A stretch of DNA of 64,000 nucleotides from Bacteroidales bacterium (GCA_024413595.1 JAKSUC010000006.1:2339-66338); one strand, 5' to 3'; numbered from the stretch's first letter, positions 37,337 through 47,314 are shown. A program made the numbers and translations. The notes: generated by a model from the sequence alone, not told the origin.

Positions 37337-39157
37337 ATGGAACCAGGAACGCTTGAATATAAAGTAAAAACATTGCCATTAAGTCCTGGAGTATATAATT
37401 TTTTGGACAAAGATGGCACTGTTATTTATGTAGGAAAAGCTAAAAATTTAAGAAATAGAGTTTCTTCATATTTTCGAGAAAAAAATCAAGTAGGTAAAAC
37501 TGCTATTTTGGTTAAACATATTGCAGATGTTTTGCATATAATAGTAGAAACAGAAAATGATGCTTTACTTCTAGAAAATAAGTTGATAAAAAAATTTCAA
37601 CCAAGATATAATATTCTTTTAAAAGATGATAAAACATACCCTTGGATTTGCATAACACAAGAAGCATTTCCAAGGATTTTTTTTACACGCCATAAAGAAC
37701 CTGATGGTTCAATTTATTTTGGTCCTTATACATCTGTTGTTGCAATGAAAAATGTTCTAGAAATGTTTCGACGTGCATTTCATTTAAGAACTTGCAAAAC
37801 AATATTAACATTAGAAGGTATAAAAAATGGAAATTACGATGTTTGTTTAGATTATCATATAAAAAATTGTTGCGCTCCTTGTATAGGAAAAGTATCTAAA
37901 GAAGATTATGCCTCTTATATTGATCAAATAAAAAAAATTCTTCAAGGAAAAACTAGTGAAGTTATTCATCAATTAAAACACGAAATGACTGAACTAGCAA
38001 GTTTATATAAATTTGAAGAAGCTCAATTAATAAAAGAAAGATATGAAGTATTAGTTTCGTATCAAGCAAAAAATATAATTTCTGTAAATATTCCTCATAC
38101 AGTAGAAGTATATTCAATATTAAAAGAAGGATCTGGCGATTTCTTTTATGTAAATTTTATGAAGTTATCAAATGGGTTTATAATTCGTTCAGTAACACGA
38201 GAAGTAAAAGTACGCCTAGAAGAAGATGAAAAAGAAATATTAACTACAGCAATGGCAGATTTTCATTTTTCAGAGTTAAATATAGGAGATTCAGCAATTG
38301 AAATACTCTTGCCATTTGAAATTGATTTTAATTTAAGTAATACAAAAATAACTATTCCAAAATTAGGAGATAAAAAAAAGGTATTAGATTGGTCTATAAA
38401 TAATTGCCGACAATATATGTCAGAACAACAACGCCAAAGATCTTTAATAGATCCAGAACAAAGCGTTAGAAATGTAATGAAAACCATGATGAACGATTTG
38501 CAATTAGATGTAGAACCAAGACATATTGAATGTTTTGATAATTCAAATATTCAAGGAACTAATCCAGTTTCATCTTGTGTAGTATTTAAAAATGGTAAAC
38601 CATCTAAAAAAGATTATAGATTGTTTAACGTTAAAACTGTAGTAGGAGCAGATGACTTTGCAACGATGAGAGAGGTTATTTTTCGCCGTTATAAGCGACT
38701 TTCCGAAGAAGGTGAAGAATTACCCCAATTAATAGTAGTTGATGGCGGAAAAGGTCAGTTAAGGTGCGCTGCAGAAACATTACGCGATCTTGGCTTATTT
38801 GATAAAATAGCCGTTATTGGCATTGCTAAGCGATTAGAAGAAATATTTTATCCAGACGACCCAATTCCATTATATTTAGATAAAACTTCGATTACGCTCA
38901 AAATAATTCAACAATTGCGTGATGAAGCACATCGATTTGGAATAACGTTTCACAGAAACAAACGATCAAAAGCAATGATTCATTCAATTCTGCAAGATAT
39001 ACCAGGAATAGGAGATAAAACAATTGAAAAATTATTGAAGAATTTTGGAACTGTTAAAGTTATTTCAGAAACTTCAATTTTAGATTTATCAAAAGTTTTG
39101 GATTTGAAAAAAGCTCAATCAATTTATGAGTTTTTTCATCCATCAGAAATAAATTAA
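37337..39157 (+). CDS. uvrC: Excinuclease ABC subunit C
   Basis: 606 aa with GIY-YIG (GVYNFLDKDGTVIYVGKAKNLRNRVSSY), a UVR domain, an RNase H-like endonuclease domain and a C-terminal HhH (IPGIGDKTIEKLL). Confidence 0.97.
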   Translation: MEPGTLEYKVKTLPLSPGVYNFLDKDGTVIYVGKAKNLRNRVSSYFREKNQVGKTAILVKHIADVLHIIVETENDALLLENKLIKKFQPRYNILLKDDKTYPWICITQEAFPRIFFTRHKEPDGSIYFGPYTSVVAMKNVLEMFRRAFHLRTCKTILTLEGIKNGNYDVCLDYHIKNCCAPCIGKVSKEDYASYIDQIKKILQGKTSEVIHQLKHEMTELASLYKFEEAQLIKERYEVLVSYQAKNIISVNIPHTVEVYSILKEGSGDFFYVNFMKLSNGFIIRSVTREVKVRLEEDEKEILTTAMADFHFSELNIGDSAIEILLPFEIDFNLSNTKITIPKLGDKKKVLDWSINNCRQYMSEQQRQRSLIDPEQSVRNVMKTMMNDLQLDVEPRHIECFDNSNIQGTNPVSSCVVFKNGKPSKKDYRLFNVKTVVGADDFATMREVIFRRYKRLSEEGEELPQLIVVDGGKGQLRCAAETLRDLGLFDKIAVIGIAKRLEEIFYPDDPIPLYLDKTSITLKIIQQLRDEAHRFGITFHRNKRSKAMIHSILQDIPGIGDKTIEKLLKNFGTVKVISETSILDLSKVLDLKKAQSIYEFFHPSEIN

Positions 39158-39465
39158 ATCTTTAGACGTAGTAAAATTTTTAAATAAACAGAATTATTAA
39201 AAAAAACAAGAAATTTATTCTACTTCGCACTTAAAATTCAATTTTGTTATTATTAACTAAATTTCTGAATTTTAGAAATTTATATTATGTTATTGAAAAT
39301 AATTATGCAATATGCTTTAAATATAAATTTATAGTCTTAATATCTATACGATATATTCAAAGGATTTTGAGATATTGATTAAACTATACGAAATAAAAAA
39401 ATACATTTTTGTAATAACGCAGACGCATAAATTTTTTTCGAAAAATAAAAATTATATTAAAATAA

Positions 39466-39489
39466 AAGACCGACTATAAAGTCGGTCTT
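39466..39489 (-). terminator. Intrinsic terminator downstream of DUF1987 paralog 2
   Basis: aagaccgac-tataaa-gtcggtctt. On the minus strand it is followed by a T-rich tail (ttttattttaat). Confidence 0.6.
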
Positions 39490-39537
39490 ACTACTCAAAA
39501 ATCAAACGTACAAGGAAAAACAAAAAAAAATATATCT

Positions 39538-39930
39538 TTATTTAAACACTACTGAATACCCAATCTTATTAAAAGGAACTATAATAAGTTCAGAATATTC
39601 ATTACCTGTTTGTTGCATGTCTTCATCATCGTCAGGATAATACCAATTAATAACAACGTCATTACCTAACTTATAAATAGCTTCTAATTTAGAAAAAATT
39701 TCAAGCATAATTTTCGAAGAAGCCGTATTAAAATATTCTAATTTCAAATTCACAACAGTTTTATTACAAGGGCTACTTTTATAATTATCTAGCCATTCCA
39801 TCACAGGTTGGTAAAAAGCTGTTACGTCAGCAGGAAATGATTTACCTTCAAACTCAATAATTCCTGTAGACCCATTCATTGAAATAGATGGAGTATCTAA
39901 AGTTTGCTCTATAGAATAATTTTCTACCAT
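39538..39930 (-). CDS. SiaC-family (DUF1987) regulatory phosphoprotein-like, paralog 2
   Basis: 130 aa. TPSISMNGSTGIIEFEGKSFPADVTAFYQPVMEWL..Y...PC.KTVVNLKLEYFNTASSKIM...VINWYYPDDDED is colinear with the ORF at 3742-4131. Confidence 0.7.
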   Translation of the reverse strand: MVENYSIEQTLDTPSISMNGSTGIIEFEGKSFPADVTAFYQPVMEWLDNYKSSPCNKTVVNLKLEYFNTASSKIMLEIFSKLEAIYKLGNDVVINWYYPDDDEDMQQTGNEYSELIIVPFNKIGYSVVFK

Positions 39931-40030
39931 AATTTTTATCTATAAATACAGTCCGTTTTTTATTTACTATTTGTATAAAAATCGTGCCAAACTGTTCAAA
40001 ACTTAATAAAATTTATAATTTTTTTATTAT

Positions 40031-40417
40031 TTATAGTTTACAATTTGAGCAAACTATTTTATCAATCTGATTAACATTGTTATTCAAACTAAATTTAATG
40101 CTAATTTTATCTTCGTTTGATATCTCAGGTAAAGCGTAGTAGTAAACAACCGTTGCTCTTCTTGTATGATTATCAAACTTAAATTTAGTTTTTGAGTCAC
40201 TATTAGCTCCTTCAATATTAGGAATAGCAACAAAATCTTTAATTTGTGAAGGAGAATATAGATTTATAGTATAACATAAAACCTTTCCTCTTTCTGATTC
40301 AATAATATTAATGTCTTTAATCTTTATTGAAGGGCAATCAAAAGATAAAAGCTCTTTAATATTGATTTTAGAGACAACTAACATTATTAATAATATAAAC
40401 AACCAATTCGTTTTCAT
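40031..40417 (-). CDS. Hypothetical small secreted protein
   Basis: 128 aa with an N-terminal hydrophobic signal/anchor (MKTNWLFILLIMLVVS). The C-terminus ends CSNCKL. No motif recognised. Confidence 0.45.
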   Translation of the reverse strand: MKTNWLFILLIMLVVSKINIKELLSFDCPSIKIKDINIIESERGKVLCYTINLYSPSQIKDFVAIPNIEGANSDSKTKFKFDNHTRRATVVYYYALPEISNEDKISIKFSLNNNVNQIDKIVCSNCKL

Positions 40418-40635
40418 ATTTCAGTGTGAGGTTATATAAACTATATCTTTCACGTTACAAATGTACGAATTATTTTTATATAAAGTTACACTTTAATGAA
40501 TTTTTTTTAAAAAACTTATTTTCTTTATAAAGTTTTTGTAAAATAAATAATTGATTGATATATAATGTATTAATTGTTTTTATTTAACAAATATCTATTA
40601 TATTTCTTGCAATAAATATGCCAAATATTTTTATT

Positions 40636-42303
40636 TTATTTGTTTAAAAGTATCTTTTTATAGAGAATTTCATTATTTAATACTTCGATTGCTTTGTCTA
40701 TATTTTTATCATTTTTGAGAGAATAACGAATTTCTCCTTCTTCATAGTAGTATCTTTTTACAATTTCGTATTCAAGTAATTTTTTAAGTTGGTCATCATA
40801 TTTATTTATGTTTGATTCTTTTATTTGTTGTATCTTTTGTTTAATTTTATTAAATTCTTGGTTTAATTCGTTATTTTCGAATTCAATGTTTGCTAAATTT
40901 TCAATTTCTTTTATTTGTTTTTCGGTTGATGTATTATAATCAACCATTTTTTTTCCAACTTGTGTTTTAAAATCATTTAAATCTTGTTGCGAAATTGAAA
41001 ATTTTTCTGGTTCGCTTATCTGATTATTCTTATTTCTATATTGATTAGAAAAATTATATATCGATTTATTATAAATCAGATTTTCAACAAAATAACTAAG
41101 AGTGTCACTATTTATAATAATGTCAGGTAAGATACCACCAGCGTCTTTTACAGTTCTTCCGTTTTTGGTTTTGAAAGTTTTAATTAAAGAGTCAGGAATT
41201 GAAATTGCTTTACCTTCTGAATTTTTGTGAGAATAATCTAATTTTTGTATACATCTACCACTTGGAATATAATATTTTGCAGTTGTAATTTTGCACTTAG
41301 CATTATATACTAAATCTTTAGTTGTTTGAACAAGTCCTTTACCAAAAGTTTGTTCTCCAATAACAACAGCTCTGTCTAAATCTTGTAAAGCACCAGAAAC
41401 AATTTCAGAAGCAGATGCTGATTGACCATTTACTAAAACAATAATAGGAATTTTTGTGTCTATAGGATTATTTTCGGCTTTAAACATTTTGTTCCATTGT
41501 TCAACTCGACCTTTCATTTCAACAACGTTTTCACCTTTTTCTATAAATAAATTCACTATATTAACAGCTTCAATTAAAAGTCCACCTGGATTATTTCTTA
41601 AATCAAGAATTAATTGATTTATGTTTTGTTTTTCTTTTAAGGAAATAAAAGCTTCTTTTAATTCGTTTGAACAATTTTGTGTAAAACTTGATAGTTTAAT
41701 GTATCCAATATTATTATTAATTGTTCCATAGTATGGAATACTTTTTTCTTTAATAATTTCTCTTTTGAAACTAAAGTTTAGTTTATTGTTGTTTCGTTGA
41801 ATTTCAAATTTTATGTTAGATCCATTTTCACCTTTTAGAAGTAAATCTACTTCATCTATACTTTTATTATTTAATAGTTTATCATTGATAGATATAATCT
41901 TATCACCAATAAGTAACCCATTTTTTTCAGCAGGGGAATTTTTGATTAAATTTGTAATTTCATAAAAATTATCAATTTTGTCAATTTCAGTTCCAATTCC
42001 TGCATATTCGCCAGAATTTGCAAATCTAACATCTTCGATAAGAGATTCTGGATAATAAACAGTGTATGGATCAAGATTTTCAAGCATTTTGTCAATAGAG
42101 TTTTTTATTAAATCACCGCTTGAAATTTCGTCAACATACATAATTCTTAAATCACGCATTAAAGTGTGATAAATTTCAAGGTTTTTAATAAGTTCAAAAT
42201 CGTCGTCATCGTCATATAATTTAAAACTATTAAAACCTAAAAATGCAGCAATAAGAACTCCAATTATAATTTTTTTTTGTTTAAATATATTTTTGATTTT
42301 CAT
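40636..42303 (-). CDS. S41-family C-terminal processing (tail-specific) peptidase with PDZ domain
   Basis: 555 aa with PDZ GLLIGDKIISINDK and an S41 catalytic region LVNGQSASASEIVSGALQD...GEQTFGKGLVQ. Confidence 0.88.
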   Translation of the reverse strand: MKIKNIFKQKKIIIGVLIAAFLGFNSFKLYDDDDDFELIKNLEIYHTLMRDLRIMYVDEISSGDLIKNSIDKMLENLDPYTVYYPESLIEDVRFANSGEYAGIGTEIDKIDNFYEITNLIKNSPAEKNGLLIGDKIISINDKLLNNKSIDEVDLLLKGENGSNIKFEIQRNNNKLNFSFKREIIKEKSIPYYGTINNNIGYIKLSSFTQNCSNELKEAFISLKEKQNINQLILDLRNNPGGLLIEAVNIVNLFIEKGENVVEMKGRVEQWNKMFKAENNPIDTKIPIIVLVNGQSASASEIVSGALQDLDRAVVIGEQTFGKGLVQTTKDLVYNAKCKITTAKYYIPSGRCIQKLDYSHKNSEGKAISIPDSLIKTFKTKNGRTVKDAGGILPDIIINSDTLSYFVENLIYNKSIYNFSNQYRNKNNQISEPEKFSISQQDLNDFKTQVGKKMVDYNTSTEKQIKEIENLANIEFENNELNQEFNKIKQKIQQIKESNINKYDDQLKKLLEYEIVKRYYYEEGEIRYSLKNDKNIDKAIEVLNNEILYKKILLNK

Positions 42304-42334
42304 AATATTTAAAATTTAAATTTGAATAAAAAGT

Positions 42335-42787
42335 TTAATTATTTTCATCTTCATCTTCGTCGTCCCACATACCAATTTGAATTGTAGCAAGACCTTCTTG
42401 ATCAAAAATTGCTAACATATTTAAATCGTCGAAATATAAATATTTTTCTTTAGCAGCTTGATCTATTTCAATTTGAGGATTTTCAGCTTTTAAACTTTTA
42501 GTATATTTAATCAATTGCTCTTCGCTATCACCAAAATGAATTTTATTGTCGATAACGTAATCAGGGTTAGAAACTAAAATAGAAGTAAGTTTATATATAT
42601 TATCTTCGTCTAATTCACAAACAAAATCAGTTAATAAATCATCATAAAACATTGTTATAGAATTGATTTCACCATTTTGTTCCTTCTCAATTTCATTTGG
42701 TTTACCAAAAAATTCAATAATTTCGTTGTTAGACATACCAAAACGAGCCGGACCTATACCTTGTCCGATAATAATATTGTTGTTCAT
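42335..42787 (-). CDS. Hypothetical acidic cytoplasmic protein
   Basis: 150 aa with no signal peptide. It has GIGPARFGMSNNEIIEFFGKP and an acidic tail WDDEDEDENN. No family recognised. Confidence 0.5.
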   Translation of the reverse strand: MNNNIIIGQGIGPARFGMSNNEIIEFFGKPNEIEKEQNGEINSITMFYDDLLTDFVCELDEDNIYKLTSILVSNPDYVIDNKIHFGDSEEQLIKYTKSLKAENPQIEIDQAAKEKYLYFDDLNMLAIFDQEGLATIQIGMWDDEDEDENN

Positions 42788-42810
42788 TTTTGTAAAAATT
42801 TATGTTATTA

Positions 42811-43536
42811 TTAATGAAAAATTTCTTGAAGAACATCTAAACTTTTAAAAGAATTAAAGTTGTCGAATTTGTAATTGTAATATTGAATAATTTTTTCAAC
42901 TAAATATTTTCTGTCGTTACCACTCAAAGGAATGGATTCGCAATTAATATATTCAGTATCTAAAAATTTACTAAAAATTTCGCTAAAAGGCGGTCTAATA
43001 ATATGCTTAACACCTGGAGTATCAAAAGTGAATTTTGATTTAGATAAATCAAAACATGGCTTCAAGTCAGAATATCTATTAGAAGGATAAAAACCTAAAA
43101 ATTTCGAAATTTGAATAATAAATTTAATGTGGAAATTTCTTCCACAAATTTCAGGTTGATCAAAAAGTTGTAAACTAGTTGCAATGTAATCAAATAGTTC
43201 TATATTCTTTTCAGAATAAATTAAAATTTTAGACAAAAACTCTGCAATAAACATAGCAGTTGCAGTTTTTGTATGACTAAACGGAATAGATGTATATGTA
43301 TAGTTAAGAGAAATATTTGAAACAGAAGCTATTGCATTGTTAGATTTATTGTTGAACTCTATTTCAGTTTGAAACAAAGGTTGACAATATGACATCAAAT
43401 TGGTTTTACTTTTTAAACTATTAATTTTAAAAGCAAATCCCATTTTGCCATATTTTCTAGAATATGTATTAACAATAATTTTATTGTCACCATATTTAGT
43501 AGTTTGCAAAATAATAGCTTCTGTTTTTTCTTTCAT
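42811..43536 (-). CDS. recO: DNA repair protein RecO
   Basis: 241 aa. The N-terminal OB-fold pattern KTEAIILQTTKYGDNKIIVNTYSRKYGKMGF and the overall length are typical of Bacteroidota RecO. Confidence 0.8.
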   Translation of the reverse strand: MKEKTEAIILQTTKYGDNKIIVNTYSRKYGKMGFAFKINSLKSKTNLMSYCQPLFQTEIEFNNKSNNAIASVSNISLNYTYTSIPFSHTKTATAMFIAEFLSKILIYSEKNIELFDYIATSLQLFDQPEICGRNFHIKFIIQISKFLGFYPSNRYSDLKPCFDLSKSKFTFDTPGVKHIIRPPFSEIFSKFLDTEYINCESIPLSGNDRKYLVEKIIQYYNYKFDNFNSFKSLDVLQEIFH

Positions 43537-44267
43537 TATTCTTTTGTATATAAAAGAGTAATATTTTTACATTCAATATGTTTAGTTTTAGTATCGTCGC
43601 TATGGTCAAGAACCCAACCTTTTAATTTAACTAAAGATTTATTTTCGTTAGTTTTAATTTTAACTTCGTAGTTTCTTTTTTCACCATCTTTTTCAAAACC
43701 AAAAGTCATATTTTGTTCAGTAGTACCATCACTGTATTCCGCAATTATAGTCATTCTCGGATTAACAGTTAAATCGTCTTTATAATATTTAATGTCAGCA
43801 GATAATGTATACACTCCTTGTCGCACTTCGTCAATTTCGTAAGCAATAGGATTTTTTTCACCATCTTCAGGTAAAAAGTATTCAGAAGATAAATTCCAAA
43901 TATCATTTTCAGCTTTTTTAACAGCAACTTGGTTTTTTTCTTCATCAGCTTCTCTCATTTTTTTCATTACTTTAGTATACAAAGTTTTGTATCTTTCAGG
44001 ATGATTAGTATACCATTCAATAGATTCTAAAAATTCTTCTTTAGTAATTTTTTCTTTTTTAAAGACGTAATTGTAATAAGATAAATCTTTATCTTTTAAA
44101 TCTTTATCGTTAAGATTTTCAACAGCTAAAATAGCATCAGCTTCGTGAATTTTAATAATAACGTCTATACACTTTTTTTCAGAAATAGGAGGTTCGTTTC
44201 CAAAACATGAGCTAAGTGTAATAATTACAAATAATAACAGAATTTTATATAAGTTAAATTTTTTCAT
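43536..44267 (-). CDS. Lipoprotein with DUF4296-like N-terminal region
   Basis: 243 aa with lipobox ITLSSC. KCIDVIIKIHEADAILA resembles DUF4296. The stop of this gene and the start of recO overlap by 1 nt. Confidence 0.4.
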   Translation of the reverse strand: MKKFNLYKILLLFVIITLSSCFGNEPPISEKKCIDVIIKIHEADAILAVENLNDKDLKDKDLSYYNYVFKKEKITKEEFLESIEWYTNHPERYKTLYTKVMKKMREADEEKNQVAVKKAENDIWNLSSEYFLPEDGEKNPIAYEIDEVRQGVYTLSADIKYYKDDLTVNPRMTIIAEYSDGTTEQNMTFGFEKDGEKRNYEVKIKTNENKSLVKLKGWVLDHSDDTKTKHIECKNITLLYTKE

Positions 44268-44360
44268 TTTTTTATAGATTTATTTGAGTACAAAGTTAAT
44301 ATAAAAATTTGTTGTTTAGAAATTCTCTTATTATTTGTATTTATAAAAGTTGTTAACTTT

Positions 44361-45134
44361 ATGCCCAAAATTAAAATTCGAATGTCAAATTTGTTTAATA
44401 ATAATTTTGATACAAAACAAAAACGTTTTGTAGGAGATGTTAGAACATTGTTTAACAATACAATAGAGGAATATCATTTAATAAAAGAAAATGATAAAAT
44501 TGCTGTTGGATTGTCAGGTGGAAAAGATAGTATGACTTTGCTTCATTTATTTGCATTTAGAAAAAAATATTTACAAAAAAATTTTGAATTTGATGCAGTT
44601 TATGTAAATGTAGAAAATGCTGATTATAAAATAAATTTTGATCAAGTTAAAGAATTTTGTGATAATCTTGAAGTTAAACTAATTGTTCGCAATGTATTAT
44701 TGAATGATGAACGAAATGCAGAAAATCGTTGTTTTATTTGTTCTTTAGCACGAAGAAAAAATCTTTTTGATTTTACTAAAGAATTGGGCTATAATAAATT
44801 AGCTTTAGGACATAATATGGATGATGCCGTAGAAACATTAATGATGAATATGGTTTATCATGGAAAATATTGTAGTATTCCTCCTTATCTTTCAATGTTT
44901 GACGGACGATTAAGTTTAATAAGACCGTTATTAAAAGTTACAAAAGAACAAACATTTGAATATTCAGTTTTGCATAATTTCCCACAAATAAAATCCGAAT
45001 GTGGATTTGAACATTTGTCTGCAAGAAATAAATTTAGAAATTTTGCAGATTATTTAGAAAAATTAAATAGAGGAGCAAAAAAGAATATTTTTTCAAGTAT
45101 GAGTAATATATATGAAGATTATATTGTTAAATGA
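44361..45134 (+). CDS. PP-loop ATPase, TtcA-like tRNA thiolation family
   Basis: 257 aa with the PP-loop VGLSGGKDSMTLL, a CFICS cysteine pair and the LALGHNMDD motif. Confidence 0.7.
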   Translation: MPKIKIRMSNLFNNNFDTKQKRFVGDVRTLFNNTIEEYHLIKENDKIAVGLSGGKDSMTLLHLFAFRKKYLQKNFEFDAVYVNVENADYKINFDQVKEFCDNLEVKLIVRNVLLNDERNAENRCFICSLARRKNLFDFTKELGYNKLALGHNMDDAVETLMMNMVYHGKYCSIPPYLSMFDGRLSLIRPLLKVTKEQTFEYSVLHNFPQIKSECGFEHLSARNKFRNFADYLEKLNRGAKKNIFSSMSNIYEDYIVK

Positions 45135-46249
45135 ATTTATTTAAATTAAAAATGAATATAGAAAATTTATTAGAAAAAGCATTAAAATTAGAACCATTAT
45201 CAGCAGAAGAAGGTGAGTTTTTGTTTAAAAAAGCACCAATAACTGAGTTGTCATTTTATGCAAATGAAATAAAAAACAAATTTAGAAAACCAGAAGATCA
45301 AAATAAAGTAGGTTGGATAATTGATAGAAATATAAATTTATCGAATATTTGTGTAACTCGATGTAAGTTTTGTAATTTTTCAAGATCTAAAAATTCTCCA
45401 GAAGCTTATGTTACTTCGATGGAAGATTATCGTAAAAAAGTAGACGAATTGTTTAGGGTAGGAGGAAGGCAAGTTTTACTACAAGGAGGTATGAACCCCG
45501 ATTTTGGACTAGATTTTTATATAAATTTATTTAAAGATTTAAAACATAATTTTCCTAATATAGTACTACATGCTTTGGGTCCTGCAGAAATATGTTATTT
45601 AAGTAAAACTTCAAATAAAACATATAGAGAAGTTCTTGAAATATTGCACAATGCAGGATTAGATAGTTTACCAGGAGCTGGAGCTGAAATTCTAGTTGAT
45701 AGAGTAAGAAAAATTGTATCACCTGCCAAATGTAGTTCAGAAGAGTGGTTAGAAGTTATGCATCAAGCTCATGTTTTAAATTTGGCAACTTCCGCAACAA
45801 TGATGTTTGGCCATGTAGAAACAATTTATGAACGAATGCAACATTTAGTAGCATTACGCGAAACTCAATTACGCAAGCCAAATTATAGTGACGGTTTTAT
45901 AACCTTTATTCCTTGGCCATTTTGTAGCGATGGCACACGATTGGATAAAGAATTTGGTCCATTCGCACGTGTTTCAGGTGAAGAATATATTAGAATAATT
46001 GCAGTTAGTAGATTGATGCTTAATAATATACCTAATATTCAAGCATCATGGTTAACAGTTGGAAAAGAAATTGCCCAGATTTGTTTACATTCTGGAGCAA
46101 ATGATTTTGGATCTATTATGATGGAAGAACATGTTGTATCGTCGGCAGGAGCAAATTATAGTCTAGATCAAAATGAAATGGTAGTTGCAATTAAAGAAGC
46201 AGGATTTATTCCAGTGATGAGAGATAGTCGATATAGATTTGTTGAATAA
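45131..46249 (+). CDS. mqnC: Radical SAM futalosine-pathway enzyme, MqnC-like (cyclic dehypoxanthinyl futalosine synthase); MqnE not excluded
   Basis: 372 aa with CVTRCKFCNF (CxxxCxxC), VLLQGGMNPD, LPGAGAEILVDRVR, TMMFGHVE and NIQASWLTVG. This is the CofH/MqnC/MqnE architecture. Confidence 0.6.
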   Translation: MNLFKLKMNIENLLEKALKLEPLSAEEGEFLFKKAPITELSFYANEIKNKFRKPEDQNKVGWIIDRNINLSNICVTRCKFCNFSRSKNSPEAYVTSMEDYRKKVDELFRVGGRQVLLQGGMNPDFGLDFYINLFKDLKHNFPNIVLHALGPAEICYLSKTSNKTYREVLEILHNAGLDSLPGAGAEILVDRVRKIVSPAKCSSEEWLEVMHQAHVLNLATSATMMFGHVETIYERMQHLVALRETQLRKPNYSDGFITFIPWPFCSDGTRLDKEFGPFARVSGEEYIRIIAVSRLMLNNIPNIQASWLTVGKEIAQICLHSGANDFGSIMMEEHVVSSAGANYSLDQNEMVVAIKEAGFIPVMRDSRYRFVE

Positions 46250-46255
46250 TTAATT

Positions 46256-46295
46256 ATAAAAACGAGTAGTTAGAAAGTCTAACTACTCTTTTTTT
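46256..46295. terminator. Intrinsic terminator between convergent mqnC-like and LD-carboxypeptidase genes
   Basis: gagtagttag-aaagt-ctaactactc (10-bp perfect stem) followed by 7 T. Confidence 0.8.
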
Positions 46296-46296
46296 A

Positions 46297-47247
46297 TTAA
46301 ATAATTACACAATCTTCTAATAATTTAATTTCCATTTTGTTAGTATCTAATTTTACTTTAGTTCCAATAGGGAAAGTACATCTTGATTTAATGTGTCCAA
46401 AAGTGAAATTTTGAACAACGGGAATATCTAAGTCTTTAATAAAATCGTCAATAACTTGAGATAAACTTAACGAGTCTTCATCGTCAGTTTCACAACCTTT
46501 AAAAATTCCAAAAATAATACCTTTAATACCTTTTAATTTACCAGCCGATTTTAAATGTGTAAGCATTCTGTCAATTTTGTAAGGTACTTCGTTAATATCT
46601 TCAATAAATAATATTTTATTATAATAACTAATGTCGAATTCAGTACCGATAAGATTTTCGAGTAAAGTTAAATTTCCACCGATAAGAGTTCCTTTACAAA
46701 TACCTGGTTTTAAAACTTTTGGTGTTTGCGAATACACATTCTCTTCAAGATTTGAAGGCTGTTCGCATATAATTTTCGTACCTTTAACACCATTTTCATA
46801 TAAATTCAACATACTATTTTTTGAGTATATAGTTTCAGGCGCAGCTAGCATAGAAGAATGAAAAGTAACAAGCCCCGTTTTTTTATGGATAGCAATATTT
46901 AAAGCAGTTAAATCACTATAACCACCAATAATTTTAGGATTATTTTTGATAATCTCGTAGTCTAATAAATTTAAAATTCTCGTGCAACCATATCCACCTC
47001 TAGCCGCTACAATAGCTTTTATTTCAGGATTAGCAAAAAGTTGATTAATTTGATTAGCTCTATGTTGGTCGCTACCAGCAAGATAACCGTATTTTTCAGT
47101 AATACTACTAGCAGTAACCGGAATATATCCAGCATCAATAATTTTTTGCATAGCAATTTTTTCTTGATTTTCGTTAATTTTGCCGGCAGGGGTAATAATT
47201 CCGATTTTATCCCCTTTTTGAATTTTGTAAGGCAATATTTTTTTCAT
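46297..47247 (-). CDS. LD-carboxypeptidase (S66 family, LdcA/MccF-like)
   Basis: 316 aa with the nucleophile motif IIGGYSDLTAL and C-terminal FTFGH plus an E-containing region. Confidence 0.82.
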   Translation of the reverse strand: MKKILPYKIQKGDKIGIITPAGKINENQEKIAMQKIIDAGYIPVTASSITEKYGYLAGSDQHRANQINQLFANPEIKAIVAARGGYGCTRILNLLDYEIIKNNPKIIGGYSDLTALNIAIHKKTGLVTFHSSMLAAPETIYSKNSMLNLYENGVKGTKIICEQPSNLEENVYSQTPKVLKPGICKGTLIGGNLTLLENLIGTEFDISYYNKILFIEDINEVPYKIDRMLTHLKSAGKLKGIKGIIFGIFKGCETDDEDSLSLSQVIDDFIKDLDIPVVQNFTFGHIKSRCTFPIGTKVKLDTNKMEIKLLEDCVII

Positions 47248-47279
47248 GTGTAATGTTTTTAATTAAGTTATTATGAGTA

Positions 47280-47287
47280 CAAAGGTA
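47280..47287 (-). promoter_or_regulatory. -7 box TACCTTTG for the LD-carboxypeptidase gene
   Basis: Plus strand caaaggta, 33 nt upstream of the ATG (47247). Confidence 0.45.
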
Positions 47288-47306
47288 GAAAAATGGATTA
47301 CTTTTG

Positions 47307-47314
47307 TATCTTTG
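47307..47314 (+). promoter_or_regulatory. -7 box TATCTTTG for the DUF4294 gene
   Basis: Matches TAnnTTTG, 29 nt upstream of the ATG at 47343. It lies downstream of the alternative start at 47304, so it favours 47343. Confidence 0.45.

Noticed and set aside
44264-44458. 64-aa minus-strand ORF overlapping the start of the PP-loop ATPase gene
   Set aside because: It overlaps the well-supported TtcA-like ORF and the DUF4296-like gene start region. It has no motif and no promoter box, so it is likely spurious.
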